64,000 nt of DNA from Octopus vulgaris (GCA_951406725.2 OX597817.1:49166001-49230000); one strand, 5' to 3'; positions 43,941 to 56,432 are shown, counted from the first letter of the stretch. The notes: generated by a model not told the origin, from the sequence alone. Program-made: numbers and translations.

Positions 43941-44478
43941 CAATCATGAACTTCAAAGGTTAACAGATATCAGAAATAACTTCTCCATCCATTCACACAA
44001 CAGTTGATTCAAGATTAGGCTGTTCAATACCCTGTTGAATTTCTGAGCACGTTTATACCCACTAGGATGCCACCGCATAACTTGACACTAAAGCTGGATG
44101 TGTCCCATCATGTTGCTTAAGAATCTTAACCCACCTTGCATGTGTAATGGAACCCACTTAAATGTTAATTCCATGAAGCCCCAAGTCCTACATGCAACAA
44201 TCATAACAAGTAGTCACAAAGAAGAAAATGTTTTCCAAAATTTCCTCTCGTGCCTACAGATGTTCCATTTCAATTTAAGGCACGTCAGTTTCCAGTAAAA
44301 CAATGTTTTGGTATTCCAAATTAACAAATCTCACGGTCAATTCTTCAAAGTAGTTCGATTTCCTCTCTCTTCTACATACTTCTCCTACGGCCAACTCTAT
44401 GTTGGTTGACCACAAGTTGGACACCACTAAAAAGATTTCACAATGAATATTGTTTACCCTGAGGTGCTTCAAGATTGA
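43941..44478 (+). pseudogene. Helitron RepHel PIF1-like helicase C-terminus, frameshifted
   Basis: Across frames: AVQYPVEFLSTFIPTRMPPHNLTLKL / CPIMLLKNLNPPCMCNGTHL...ATII..EENVF / PKFPLVPTDVPFQFKARQFPV / INKSHGQ...FSYGQLYVG / NIVYPEVLQD*. Matches the YPxEFLNS..PPH.L.LK..PIMLLRNL..LCNGTRL..INKSQGQ..FSHGQLYVA pattern. Confidence 0.88.
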
Positions 44479-44656
44479 CAAATTTTAAATTACAGATTTT
44501 CATTTCTAAATTCTATTACCGTTACAATTTGGGTTTTTTAAATGAAATATAGATATTTTGAAATACTTATGAGAAAAAAAAATTTCTTCGTATTTATTGT
44601 TTACTAATCTCAATAAGAACAGCAGTAAACCGGGCAACGCCGGATAATTCAGATAG
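43941..44656 (+). mobile_element. 3' part of an autonomous-type Helitron
   Basis: Helicase relic, then hairpin ccgggcaacgccgg and terminal (c>a)TAG|T at 44653-44657. Confidence 0.75.
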
Positions 44657-44663
44657 TCATATA

Positions 44664-44895
44664 GGTTTCTTTATTACCCACAAGGGTCTAAACATAGAGG
44701 AGACAAACAAGGACAGACAAACGAATTAAATCGATTACATCGACCCCAATGCGTAACTGGTACTTAATTGATCGACCTCGAAAGGATGAAAGGCAAAGTC
44801 GACCTCGGCGAAATTTGAACTCAGAACGTAACGGCAGACGAAATACGGCTACGCATTTCACCCGGCGTGCTAACGTTTCTGCCAGCTCGCCGCCT
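44664..44895 (-). mobile_element. SINE family S1, full length
   Basis: 16-bp TSD ttcagata(g/a)tcatata at 44648-44663 and 44896-44911. Confidence 0.9.
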
Positions 44896-46127
44896 TTCAG
44901 ATAATCATATATAACAGTTGATAAGGCATCAGCCCATCTGGACTGTTCTTGTAGTACGTTAATAGCATTAAATCGAGAAAGATTAACTTCACATTGATAT
45001 AGCCTTTTAGCAAGGTAATTGCTTAGATTATCAAGTGTTGGCCTTAATATTTCACGTTTTCTTCACTTAGTAGTAGGCACACACTCACACACACACACAT
45101 ACACACACACACACACACTCGCAAAGACATTCCTCATTAACGGTCTCACCGACATTTCTAGAGAGGATCTGATCAGATAACTTGATATAAGAAAGACTTT
45201 TCAGACACTTTAAATATCCTCCTTAGTATGTCAAGAACTCCAGTATGATGCGAGAAAAGAAAATGTTCATTTTTCCATAATAGAACGTGAGACCGCACAC
45301 TCATACGAATAAACACACACATACACAAACACCGGCGCAAACACACATACGCGGCGCACACACGCAAACTCACGTCAACAACAGCTCACACACACACACA
45401 CACTAAATCTCTTCCCGCCTTCTTCGTCATATCAGTGACATCAGAGAAGGATTTTTCTGCTACAGAATGCAAAGACATTGCGTTCCTGAAATAAGTCAGA
45501 TAGCGTGCTGTCAGGAATGATCGCTCAATCTATGGACTCACCTCATGTATAAAACTTAGTCTGTCTCTCTGAAACACAAATCTTACACGAGCAGCAGCTG
45601 CTTTTACTAACAAGACAAGGAAAGGAATTCACCAAACACATATTCTTGTGATATAAATTGAGATGGTCGATCGATTGTTAAAGCTGTGGCGACATTTTTA
45701 ACAGGAGTCGAAAGATCAAAAGGGAAAAGAAAAGAGGCGGTTACTGGCGGTCATAGATAAATTTTGATTTGGTTCTCTTTGCTTTCTTGTTAGAAACATT
45801 TTCCCCCCGAAAAATAACTATTGTGCTTTTGTCACTCACCTTATTCATTCTCTCACCAGTTCGTAACTTCACCGCCTGAGAATGATTAGAAGCGTGTGGA
45901 TAACGAGCAAACATGAAACATGGATGCTTGAAAAAGTAGGTTTTGTAGATAGAAAAGACTAAGAGTAAATGATATTGTTAGTTACTATATGCTAGATAAT
46001 AGAGTGAAAACGATTATTAACCCTTCGTTTATAAGCATCTGTTAAATAATAAATTTCTAATCAGCTGACTGCATATTCATGACTGTAAAACTATTAAAAT
46101 CATTAATTAATTTTTATTGCTTTTATA

Positions 46128-46860
46128 AAGGTAGCGAGTCGAAACAATCGTTACTGCGTCGGACTTTGCCTTTCATCCTTTCGGGGTCGATAAATTAAGT
46201 ACCAGTTACACACTGGGGTCCATGTAATCGACTTAATCCCTTTGTCTGTCCTTGTTTATCACCAGCCCCTTGTGGGCAATAAAGAAGTAAGAATCGTTAC
46301 TGTGTCGGACTTTGCCTTTCATCCTTAAGGGGTCGATAAATTAAGTACCAGTTACGCATTGGAGTCGATGAAATCGACTTAATGTCTTTGTTTGTCCCCT
46401 CTATGTTTGGCCCCTTGTGGGCAATAAAGAAATAAGAATCGTTACTGCGTCGGATATACTGCGTAGGGGTATTTTTTCGGACGCAATAAGTTCAAATTAC
46501 GCCTAGTTCGACTTTGCCTTTCATTCTTTTTTTGGGTGGGGTCGATAAAACAATTATCAGTTGAACACTGGTCGCTGAAATCGATTAGCTCATTCCCATA
46601 AAATTGCTGGTCGTGTGTCAAAAAATTTCAAACTATCACTGAAGGCGGTGAGCTTGCAGAATCGATAGCACGCCGGACAAAATGCTTAGCGGCATTTTGA
46701 CTGCCTTCACGTTCTGAGTTCAAATTCCACCGAGGTCGACTTTGCCTTTCATCCTTTCCGGGTCGACGAAATAAGTACCAGTTGAGTACTGGGGTTGATG
46801 TAATCGACTTTCCCCCACCCCAAAATTTGAGGCCTTGTGCTTTTAGAAGGAAGGATTATA
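46128..46860 (+). mobile_element. Cluster of nested and tandem S1 SINEs
   Basis: Four S1 bodies; 18-mer aatcgttactg(c/t)gtcgga occurs three times. Confidence 0.85.
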
Positions 46861-47231
46861 ATTATCATTAAGGTGACAAAGCTGTAAATTTGTTAGAGCA
46901 TCGGATAGAATACTTTGTAGCAATTGAATCTTGCTCTTTAAATTCTGAGTTCAAATCACGCCGAGGTCTACTCTATCTTTTATCCCTCCAGGCATGATAA
47001 AAGAAACTAATAGTCAAGTGCCAAGGTTGATTTATTCGACTACCCCCATCCATTAAAAACTAGGGCTTATCCTTAAATTAGAAACAATTTTTAATCTTCC
47101 ATAATCACAAGCCCTTAAATGTCGGGAAGAAGTGACTGAGGATCAAAAACTGTACTTGGCTACTAGTTATCTTGTAGACCCTTGATGGAGATGAGAAGTA
47201 AAGTCAATCACGATGAACACAGAAAGTTATG

Positions 47232-47457
47232 GAGTAAAGATTTCTGCCAACATAACATGGCAGTCCTAGTTTAGGACGAATGTTGCTGTAATTTAGCCCC
47301 AAGAGACATCGTCTCCAGCTGGATTCCCTTGTTCGAAAATATAAGGACGCAGATCGTGTCGTATAGCCAGCTGGAGACAATGTCTCCTGGGGCTAAATTA
47401 CAGCAACATTCGTCCTAAGCCAGGACTGCTGTGTTATGTTGGCAAAAATCTTTACTC
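47232..47457. repeat. Fold-back: 91-bp arms, 44-nt spacer
   Basis: 47232-47322 vs 47367-47457; 7 mismatches counted, all transitions. Confidence 0.92.
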
Positions 47458-48008
47458 AAAATACTGTTGCTGAATATCTCTCGTTGTGAGATTTCAAAAT
47501 AATAATTTTCTAATTTACAGAAAAATTATGTTGCCTTACATTCTATGTTAAAATTTCCGCCGATGTCAATATTGACTTTCATTCTTCATTAGTCAATAAA
47601 ATAAATACTCGCCAAAGGGTCGTACTTAAGTAACACCCCACTCAGCAGTTTTTTCTTGTTAGAAAGCATTATTCCTACAAATTAACTCTATTTTTTCCCA
47701 ATAACTAAGTTAAAAAGTCATGTAACTGACGTACGCGAATAATTCTAAAAATGATTAAAATAGCCATCTTAATTGTGGGGCAAGAAAAAAAAAGAGAAAA
47801 AAAAACTAGCATTGGCAACTCTCAGAAAAGAAGTAGAAATTAGATATATTTCAAAAAATTTAAGAATTGTTTGTTTTTAATAACGTTATTTGGATAGACA
47901 ATGAAATTACAATGAAACTGAGAAGATATTTTGGAAGAGTAAAAATATATTTCAGGAACGATATTTGTTTGAGTCTGGTCTCTATACGAATTCTTTACCA
48001 AAGTATAA

Positions 48009-48420
48009 GGCGGTGAGCTGGCAGAAACGTTAGCACGCCGGGCGAAACGATTGGCGGTATTTCGTCCGCCGCTGCGTTCTGAGTTCAAATTCCGCCGAGG
48101 TTGACTTTACCTTTCATCCTTTCGGGGTCGATAAATTAAGTACCAGTTACGCACTGGAGTCGATAAATAGACTTAATCCGTTTGTCTGTCATTGTTTGTC
48201 CTCTCTCAGTTTAGCCCCTTGTGGGTAGTAAAGAAATAGGTATTTCGTCTGCCGCTACGTTCTGAGTTCAAATTCCGCCGAGGTCGACTTTGCCTTTCAT
48301 CCTTTCGAGGTCGATAAATAAAGTACCAGTTACGCACTGGGGTCGATGTAATCGACTTAATCCGTTTGTCTGTCTTTCTTTGTTCCCTCTATGTTTAGCC
48401 CCTTGTGGGCGATACAGAAA
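48009..48420 (+). mobile_element. Dimeric SINE S1
   Basis: Full copy plus headless second unit; ~23-bp TSD (47983-48005 / 48423-48445). Confidence 0.9.
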
Positions 48421-49176
48421 TGTATATGAACTCATTACCAAAGTAGATTAAAGAAATATTTTTAAACAGCTCACGATCTTTTTTAAAAACTTTGGTCAAA
48501 GAATCATTGTTCAGTCACACGTCTCAGGGTTTCGTACACAACTATTTTCACTTGCTCTTATATATCTGTGACAGTGTTTCTGAGGTTGATTGCGCTTGAG
48601 ATTTAATGATCAGCTAGATTTAATTGTGATCTGTTTTAAAGTTTTTTTTTTCTGTTAAATCAGTAACTTTTCTATCAGCAATATTGTTTTTCAAGTCTAT
48701 TATAACACAGAACTGCCGATTCATAAAGAAACTTTGTGTTCTTTCTTCTGTGGAAACAAAATTTCCTATACATCACTTGAACTCTGTCTTCTAAGATACA
48801 ATATTATTACCAAACAATTTTCAGCACAGTATATTGAAACTTGACACTTATATGAGACACAAAAGTTATATTCATACGGGCATTTTATCCCTGACTTTTG
48901 ACTAAGATTATACTCCGTTCTTAAATATATGCACCGATTCGGGGGGAAATAAATTGCAGCATTGACATTTAGCAATAATACCGTTTCTAAATTTGGCACA
49001 AGGCTAGTAATTTTGAAGGAAGGAAGAAGTTGATTACGTCGATCCTAGCGTTCAACTCGTACTTATTTTATGTACCTCGAAGGGGCGAAAGATAAAGTCA
49101 AACTAGGCGACATTTGAACTCAGAACATTTTGTCCAGTGCGGTAACGACCAATAATATATCGGTTTCAAATTGGAA

Positions 49177-49590
49177 GGGCGGCGAGCTGGCAGAAACGTT
49201 AGCACGTCGGGCGAAATGCGTAGCCGTATTTCGTCTGCCGCTACGTTCTGAGTTCAAATTCCGCCGAGGTCGACTTTGCCTTTCAGCCTTTCGGGGTCGA
49301 TAAATTATGCACCAGTTACGCACTGGGGTCGATGTAATCGACTTAATCCCTTTGTCTGACCTTGTTTCTCCTCGCTGTGTTTAGCCCTTTGTGAGTAGTA
49401 AAGAAATAGGTATTTCGTCTGTCGTTACGTTCTGAGTTCAAATTCCGCCGAGGTCGACTTTGCCTTTCATCCTTTCGGGGTCGATAAATAAAGTACCAGT
49501 TTCACACTGGGGTCAATGTAATCGACTTAATCCCTTTGTCTGTCTTTGTTTGTCCCCTCTATGTTTAGCCCCATGTGGGTAGTAAAGAAA
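49177..49590 (+). mobile_element. Dimeric SINE S1
   Basis: Same structure as 48009; TSD atatat(c/t)ggtttcaaatt. Confidence 0.9.
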
Positions 49591-51112
49591 TATATATTGG
49601 TTTCAAATTTTGGCACAAGGCCAGTCCAGTAGTATTATTTCGTAAGATAAAAAATAAAAACTAGCTGGGATTCGAAACCAGGTCTGTATGAGTTCTGTTC
49701 GTTAGGAATGTAATATCATTGTATTACTGAATGCCCACCTCTGAGATATGATATGAACTGCAGTTAACATTTAATACCCTGTTATAAAATTAGCACTTTA
49801 TATCAAACATTAATATCTCATTAGAAACACGATTTACTCCTATCAAAATTACGCTAGAAATAAATGTGGCAGATTTTTCGCTAACGTATATATTACACGT
49901 GATTTTATCAGGTCGAGTCATAGTTTAAGGAAGCATTTTTCATTTTCCCAAGACTGAAGACACGTTATCTTCTCCCATTCTTCTGATATTATCTAATATA
50001 TTTCATTTCAAGTGTTCCACAATCTGCTATTATGTATGTATATGAGGTGGTATTAATGTTAATTTATGGTGTTTCACTATACTAGCGTTCTGTTGTGCAG
50101 ATAGTTTTTGGTCGCAAAAAGGAAATACTTCTAATACGAGAGAATATTAATGGTCTGTCTTTGAAATATTGCAGCTGGTGAACAGAATTTAATTAATTAA
50201 AGCTTAGACCAAATTTATATTGCTGTAAATCTTTGAAGACATTCTCATGGCGACTTTATATACTGGATTTAGAATATTTCCTCACGCTGGAAAGGAATAT
50301 ATTTATAACCTTATTTCAAACAAAAGCCAGATGAATGGAAATATAAATCCTTCATTTTACAAAATCTTAATGGTTAAGTTGTACTTCCTTTTCTAATTAA
50401 CTTGAGTCGGACAAATTATGTTGTTAAGTTCAATATTGAATGGTTTTAATATGTATACATATAAGGTTTCTTCAAGTTCCTTACTTGTAAGTAAGGAATA
50501 AATCGTAATTTATACATTAGCTCAAAACTTCAATCACTGCGGGCAGAGGTCAATTTTAAAATACAGACAAATTTAAATTAAAAAAGAAAGCATTATCATT
50601 AAACATATTTATTGAAATTGATAAGGCGGGTGGATTAGCAGGATCTTTACAACGTCGGATAAAGTACCTTGCAGTGTTTGACCCGATATTTTACGATTTG
50701 AATTCAAATCCCCCTGAGGACAGCTTTTCGTTTTCTTTTTTTCCCCCGTTATTGATAAAACATTATATAACAAGTTAGCGCCATTATTAGACGGAATTGA
50801 TATTGTTGGAGAAATGTATTGAAGTGCTTATTCCATTATTTTCTTTTGTCCTGAGTTCGTCTGTAACAACACTGGTGCTGGGTTGCATCAGCCTGGCATT
50901 TCTTCTTGGACAGCATCAATGGCATACAGAGGGAAAATATGTTGCACTTATCTTCAGAAAAATCTGACTGAGGTCTACATCCTAGAAAGGAAGCTGCCAT
51001 GTGCAGATCCACAATCAAACCTGACCGACAAGGGACCAAAGTGTTAAACACTAGTGATATGCAAATTAATAGCTTCTGTTCTCTGAAGCTACTAGATATG
51101 ATGTTTTTATAT

Positions 51113-51343
51113 ATTTCTTTATTACCTACAAGGGGCTAAACACAGAGGGGACAAACAAGGACAGACAAACGGATTAAGTCGTTTACATCGACCCCAGTGC
51201 GAAACTGGTATTTCATTTATCAACCACGAAAGAATGAAAGGCAAAGTCGACCTCGGCGGAATTTGAACTCAGAACGTAGCGACAGACGAAATACTGCTGA
51301 GCATTTCGCCCGGCGTGCTAACGTTTTTGCCAGCTCGCCGCCC
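51113..51343 (-). mobile_element. SINE family S1
   Basis: Reverse complement of S1; TSD-like atatga(t/c)gttt(t/a)tata. Confidence 0.88.
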
Positions 51344-51840
51344 TATATGACGTTTATATAAACAGACTAGCTACTCCTTTCTCTGGGATTTGTCAAGTGA
51401 TATAGACATCACTGATGAAGCTCCTAATAGGGACAAAATCGCTGAAGACTGTTCAAAGATTTTCTGGCATTCTATCGACAAATAAAATTCACAGTTTTGT
51501 ATGTCTACTCCGTAGGTTTACATATAGTATTTATGAGATTACGGGTATCACTATGAACAATACTGGTTAGATGTAGATGTGATTAGACACAACTGTACAC
51601 AACAGCTGTAATAAACAATCTACAGTTAACACATTCAATAACACGAAATATATTTGTTAAATAAATACTTAATAAGTTCCAAAAGCGAAATTTGAGAACC
51701 TGAAACATTCACTAAATACGGGAAAATATTAGAATGAAAAGAAATTACAGTTCTATATTTACAGTTCTATATTTAAGAGATGAGGGATTATTTACATTAT
51801 TTTCATTTGACGGATATTTGTCTTCATCTTGTTTGTTGTT

Positions 51841-51886
51841 AACACAACGTTTCGGCTGATATACCCTCCAGCCTTCATCAGGTGTC
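51841..51886 (-). ncRNA. Minimal type I hammerhead ribozyme within a 5'-truncated element (51748-51903)
   Basis: Minus strand: GACAC CTGATGA a GGCTG gagggtatat CAGCC GAAA cg TT GTGTT; stem III is the palindrome ACGT. Confidence 0.72.
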
Positions 51887-52001
51887 TTGGGGAAATTTCG
51901 AACAGTTCTTTAAAGTAAAGGATATTTGCCAACATAATGTGGCTGTCCTGTAACAGTAACACTCGTCCCTTCCAGGATGGCCACATTGTCTTGGCAGATA
52001 G

Positions 52002-52053
<52 letters not shown>

Positions 52054-52798
52054 GTGCATACATACAAAGATTCATACATACATGGATGGTGGTTGTCTAC
52101 TCCTTATGCAGAGTCTAACCCACCTCTAGTACCTACGCCTTAGATCCATCAGGGTGTCCGATGTAGCTTTTTCAACCAGACAGTGTAATGAAAAGACTCT
52201 CACATAGATTCCATATCCGATTCGGACCACCAAGAGGTGCAGTTAAGTTCTCGTCCTTGTGGATCTTAATATACATACATGCGTACATATATACATACGT
52301 ACACACATACATACATATACACATACATGCATACATGCATATGTACGTATATACATACATACGTACGTACGTACGAATCCTGCCACTTGGCAATGGTCGA
52401 TCCAGACCTATAGTAAATGACATTTACCCACGTTGCCGTGCATTGGGACTAAAACCGAATGAATCCGAAACCATATGATTGCGAAAAGGGGCTTCTACAC
52501 AACACAGTCATGCCTGCCTCTATGCTGACGATTAATTTTGGGAGTATGATATTAAAAATAACAAAAATCTAAATTGAATTCACTCGATCAAAAGTAGAAT
52601 AGTTGATATCTAGTTTCTCTGGGAAATAAAATGGTCGCAGAAGTCTTATAGTTAGAAAGTAATCAATCAGTTAGAGGAAATAGCATTACGATTAAATTTT
52701 TGAAGGAAATTACATACGGAAATCTTATTAACATGACTATTGCATTGGAAATCGCTTGGGAAAAATTCCCCAGCAAACAGCTTTAAAATATATCCATA

Positions 52799-53318
52799 GG
52801 CACAAGAGTGGCTATGTAATCAGTAGCTTGCATACCAACCACATGGTTCCGGGTCCGGTCCCATTGCGTGGCACCTAGGACGAGTGTTTTCTACTAAAGC
52901 GTTGGAACGACCAAAGCTTTGTGAGTGGATTTGGTAGACGGAAACTGAAAGAAATCTGGTGTTTATATATATATATGCAGCAGGATATTTTGTCGCGGTC
53001 TCAAAGCGACGAAAATATTTTGGCAAATTAAATTTTAATGTTGAAGTGAATCTAACGGATTTTGTATGTTTCTTAAATGGCTTATAAACACCTTCCACGC
53101 TGCAATTGTTTTCGTTCCAGCACACGATCTCAGCACAAGATATATGGTAAATCCCCCCCCCCAAAAAAAAAACCCCACAAAAAAACAACAACGCGAGGAT
53201 GTGGTACATGTAAAGTATTAGCAGACACTCAATGAAGGAAAGACGCTCTTCTTCGAAAACAGAGGAAAGTCCAATAGAAGGAAAAACGGAGGAATAAAAT
53301 CACTAATGATTCACATAT

Positions 53319-53372
<54 letters not shown>

Positions 53373-53580
53373 TTTTGTCTCTGTGTTGTCCCCCACCATC
53401 GCTTGACAACTGATGTTGGCGTGTTTACGTACCCGTAATTTAGCGGTTCGGCAAAAGAGACTGATAGAATAAGTACTAGGCTTACAAAGAATAAGTCCTG
53501 GGGGTCGATTTGCTCGACTAAAGTCGGTGTTCCAACATGGCCGCAGTCAAAATCGCTGAAATAAATAAAGAATAAAAATA
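52799..53580 (+). mobile_element. SINE S3 with ~330 bp inserted into its internal microsatellite
   Basis: Head 52799-52975, foreign sequence ~52980-53312, tail resumes after (TG)n. Confidence 0.75.
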
Positions 53581-53906
53581 TATCTTTTCTTAAATCGAAA
53601 TATAACTTTTATCTCTTGTTTCAAGTTATGGGCCGCAGCCATGATGGAGCACCGCTTTGAAGGGTTTTTGTTGATCAGGACGATCCCATTACGTTTTTAC
53701 AGTCTGATACTCATCCTACGTGTTTGATTTGCCGAAGTGCTAACTTACGGGAAGTAAGTAAACCAACACCGGTTGTGAAGCATTAGGGTTAAAAGGCACG
53801 CACATACACAAACACATACAGGCACACCACACCACATCACACCACACACACACTTGCACACACACCTACACACACGCATATATGTGTATATGTATATATA
53901 TATATA

Positions 53907-54090
53907 TAGTTGAAATTTACATGAAAACAAAGGACGAAGACAGGTACATAAACATCAAGCAGGTGTATTAGTTTAACACTCGGGGAGGCGAGAACGTCTT
54001 TTACGATTCGTGTCTACGCTCTTCAACAGAAAGGAACACGAGGAAATAAACAGAGAGAGAATAAAAAAGCAGAGAATAAAAAAAAACTTT
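53907..54090 (-). mobile_element. TA-associated element with hammerhead-like motif (same family as 5271)
   Basis: tagttgaaatttac..gacgaagacagg..gtgtattagttt; minus strand ctttCTGTTGA-a-gagcgtagacac-GAAtcgTA-aaag. Confidence 0.5.
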
Positions 54091-55724
54091 TGGCGTTACA
54101 CACATATATGTATGTTTATATATACATAAGTATGTGTTTATATATATACATCTATATATATGTATATGTATATATATATGTATATATATATACATATATG
54201 TATATATATATATGTATATATATATATGTATATATATATATACATATATATATATACATACATACATACATACATACACACACACATACACACATACATA
54301 CATACATACATACATACATTCATACATACATACATACATGTGAATTTCCACTCAGAACGTAAAGACAGACGAAATAACGCTAATCATTTCGCTCGGCGTG
54401 TTAACGTTTCTGCCAGCTCACCGCCTTATTAAAGAAAAAAAAATTAAAATGATATTACGCTGAAATATGTGTGTGGTGAGCATCTGCGCTTGTGTCCATC
54501 TGTAATATCCTTTGTACTGGAGGCACAGGACCTCTGATTTGGGAGTAGGAGACTAGTCAATTACATCGACCCCAGTGTTTAACTGGTACTTAACTGGTAC
54601 AAAGTCGACCTCGGCGGAATTGGAACTCAGAATGTAACGACGGGCGAAATACCGCTAAGCATTTCGTCCAGACAAAATGCTTAGCAGCTTTTCTTCCGAC
54701 TTTACTTCCAAAAGCCGCCGGGGTTGACTTTCTCTTTCATTCTTTCGGGGTCGATGTAATTGACTTACACCCACCCCAATCTTGCTGGCCTTGTGCCAAA
54801 TGTCAATGAGTTCCAGTAATAACTAGGAAGTTAACTTTGTAACGGTCTGGCGTCCTATTCAGGGAAATGTGGTGTAATCTTAGTCACTTATACCATGTGA
54901 TTTAGTGACATTGAAAACCGAGTTAAGATCCGGCCTTTTGAGTCCTGGGGTTCATGACAGATCCCTCTCTACATAGTAAACAGTTGTATTAATTCATCCA
55001 CGCGAAAACATATATGTCGTATACAGTACAAACAAACACTTCATACATTAACGTTTCCTCAACGGCTTCCTCCCTTAAGTAAGAGAGCTGATTGAAATGC
55101 AGTGGCCTAGTCATCGTATAAGGCCGGCCCTATTCATATCAAGGAAGTGGCAAGAGTGAATCGCGAAGTTCACAATTTCGTCTGGCGACAAAGAGCAACA
55201 GTTTGAATCAGAAGCAGCAAACAGCGTAAATGTTTTCCGCTTTTGATGGTAATTCTTGCGAACTAGAAGCCGCCGCTATACCGGCTTCGTATATATTTGT
55301 AAACGGTTCTGATTTGTTTATTTCTGTCTTTGTGCTGCTCTTTTTAATTTCTCTTACACTCCCTGTATTCCTTGTTTTCTGCTGTGTTGTTGATACCCTT
55401 GGGGAAAACGGTGCGTTGAGAATAAATATAAACTGAAATACAACAGAGAAAATGCTTGACGATTTAAGTGGGAATTAAGTAGACGATGGAAAAATCTAAC
55501 GAAAGTGTGTTGACAAGACTTCCCAAGAAGTTTCACTCTGTGGTTTCCAAATGAAAATGATTTTCCCCCTACGAGAACTTAGACTTCAACACTTGTCACT
55601 TTGAAGAACCTTTCGTAGGAGTGTCAGAATTTCAGTAAAAGAGAAGGAAATAGATTAGCTGATTATAAAGCGAATTCGTTAATGTTTAATATAAACATTT
55701 GTTTCTCAAAAAGAATATACGAAT

Positions 55725-55794
<70 letters not shown>

Positions 55795-55803
55795 ATGTAT
55801 ATA

Positions 55804-55861
<58 letters not shown>

Positions 55862-55965
55862 CATGGTATTCATGTATAGAGAAAGATAGATCAATGGTCA
55901 CATTTACTCAAATACATATATACACACACATGTATTTCACATTAGTGTGATCTGTACATATAAAT

Positions 55966-56002
<37 letters not shown>

Positions 56003-56003
<1 letters not shown>

Positions 56004-56223
56004 GAGAGGCGCTGAAAAGTTCCTAGATTTGGGTAAAAGAAAATACAAGGTGATCAGTTTATTATGATTTTATTCAGCATATGCTCCTCTCAGATTCACA
56101 CACTTATTGCAGCGGTCCGTTAATTATTCTAAGCTCAGAAAGAGAACTCCGAAGGTTGGGCTCCCAACCAGCCCTTTCGTGACACCCTTAAAGCCAGGAA
56201 CCTTTCTGTACACCCCACCCCTG
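56003..56223 (-). mobile_element. Mariner-derived MITE, second copy
   Basis: Homologous to 24192-24409. Confidence 0.75.
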
Positions 56224-56372
56224 TATACACACACACACATATATATATATTATATACATGAACGCAACCTTTGCTAAATGTTTATGAAGCTCCTATTCCA
56301 GATTGGATACCACAGCCAGCCATCAAATATAACTAATTAATCTCTATAGCTGTCAGCCAATGTATATATACA

Positions 56373-56432
<60 letters not shown>

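Noticed and set aside
46146-46454. Repeat-spacer pattern resembling CRISPR (also 4475-4570)
   Set aside because: The spacers are homologous SINE sequence, the context is eukaryotic and there are no cas genes.
50830-51050. Possible RTE-like remnant
   Set aside because: Too degenerate to assign by eye.
51405-51450. CTGATGA followed by a small stem (also 1130-1165, 12545, 19510-19545, 40063, 63790-63815)
   Set aside because: GAAA or stem I is missing or too degenerate to call a hammerhead; possibly decayed copies.
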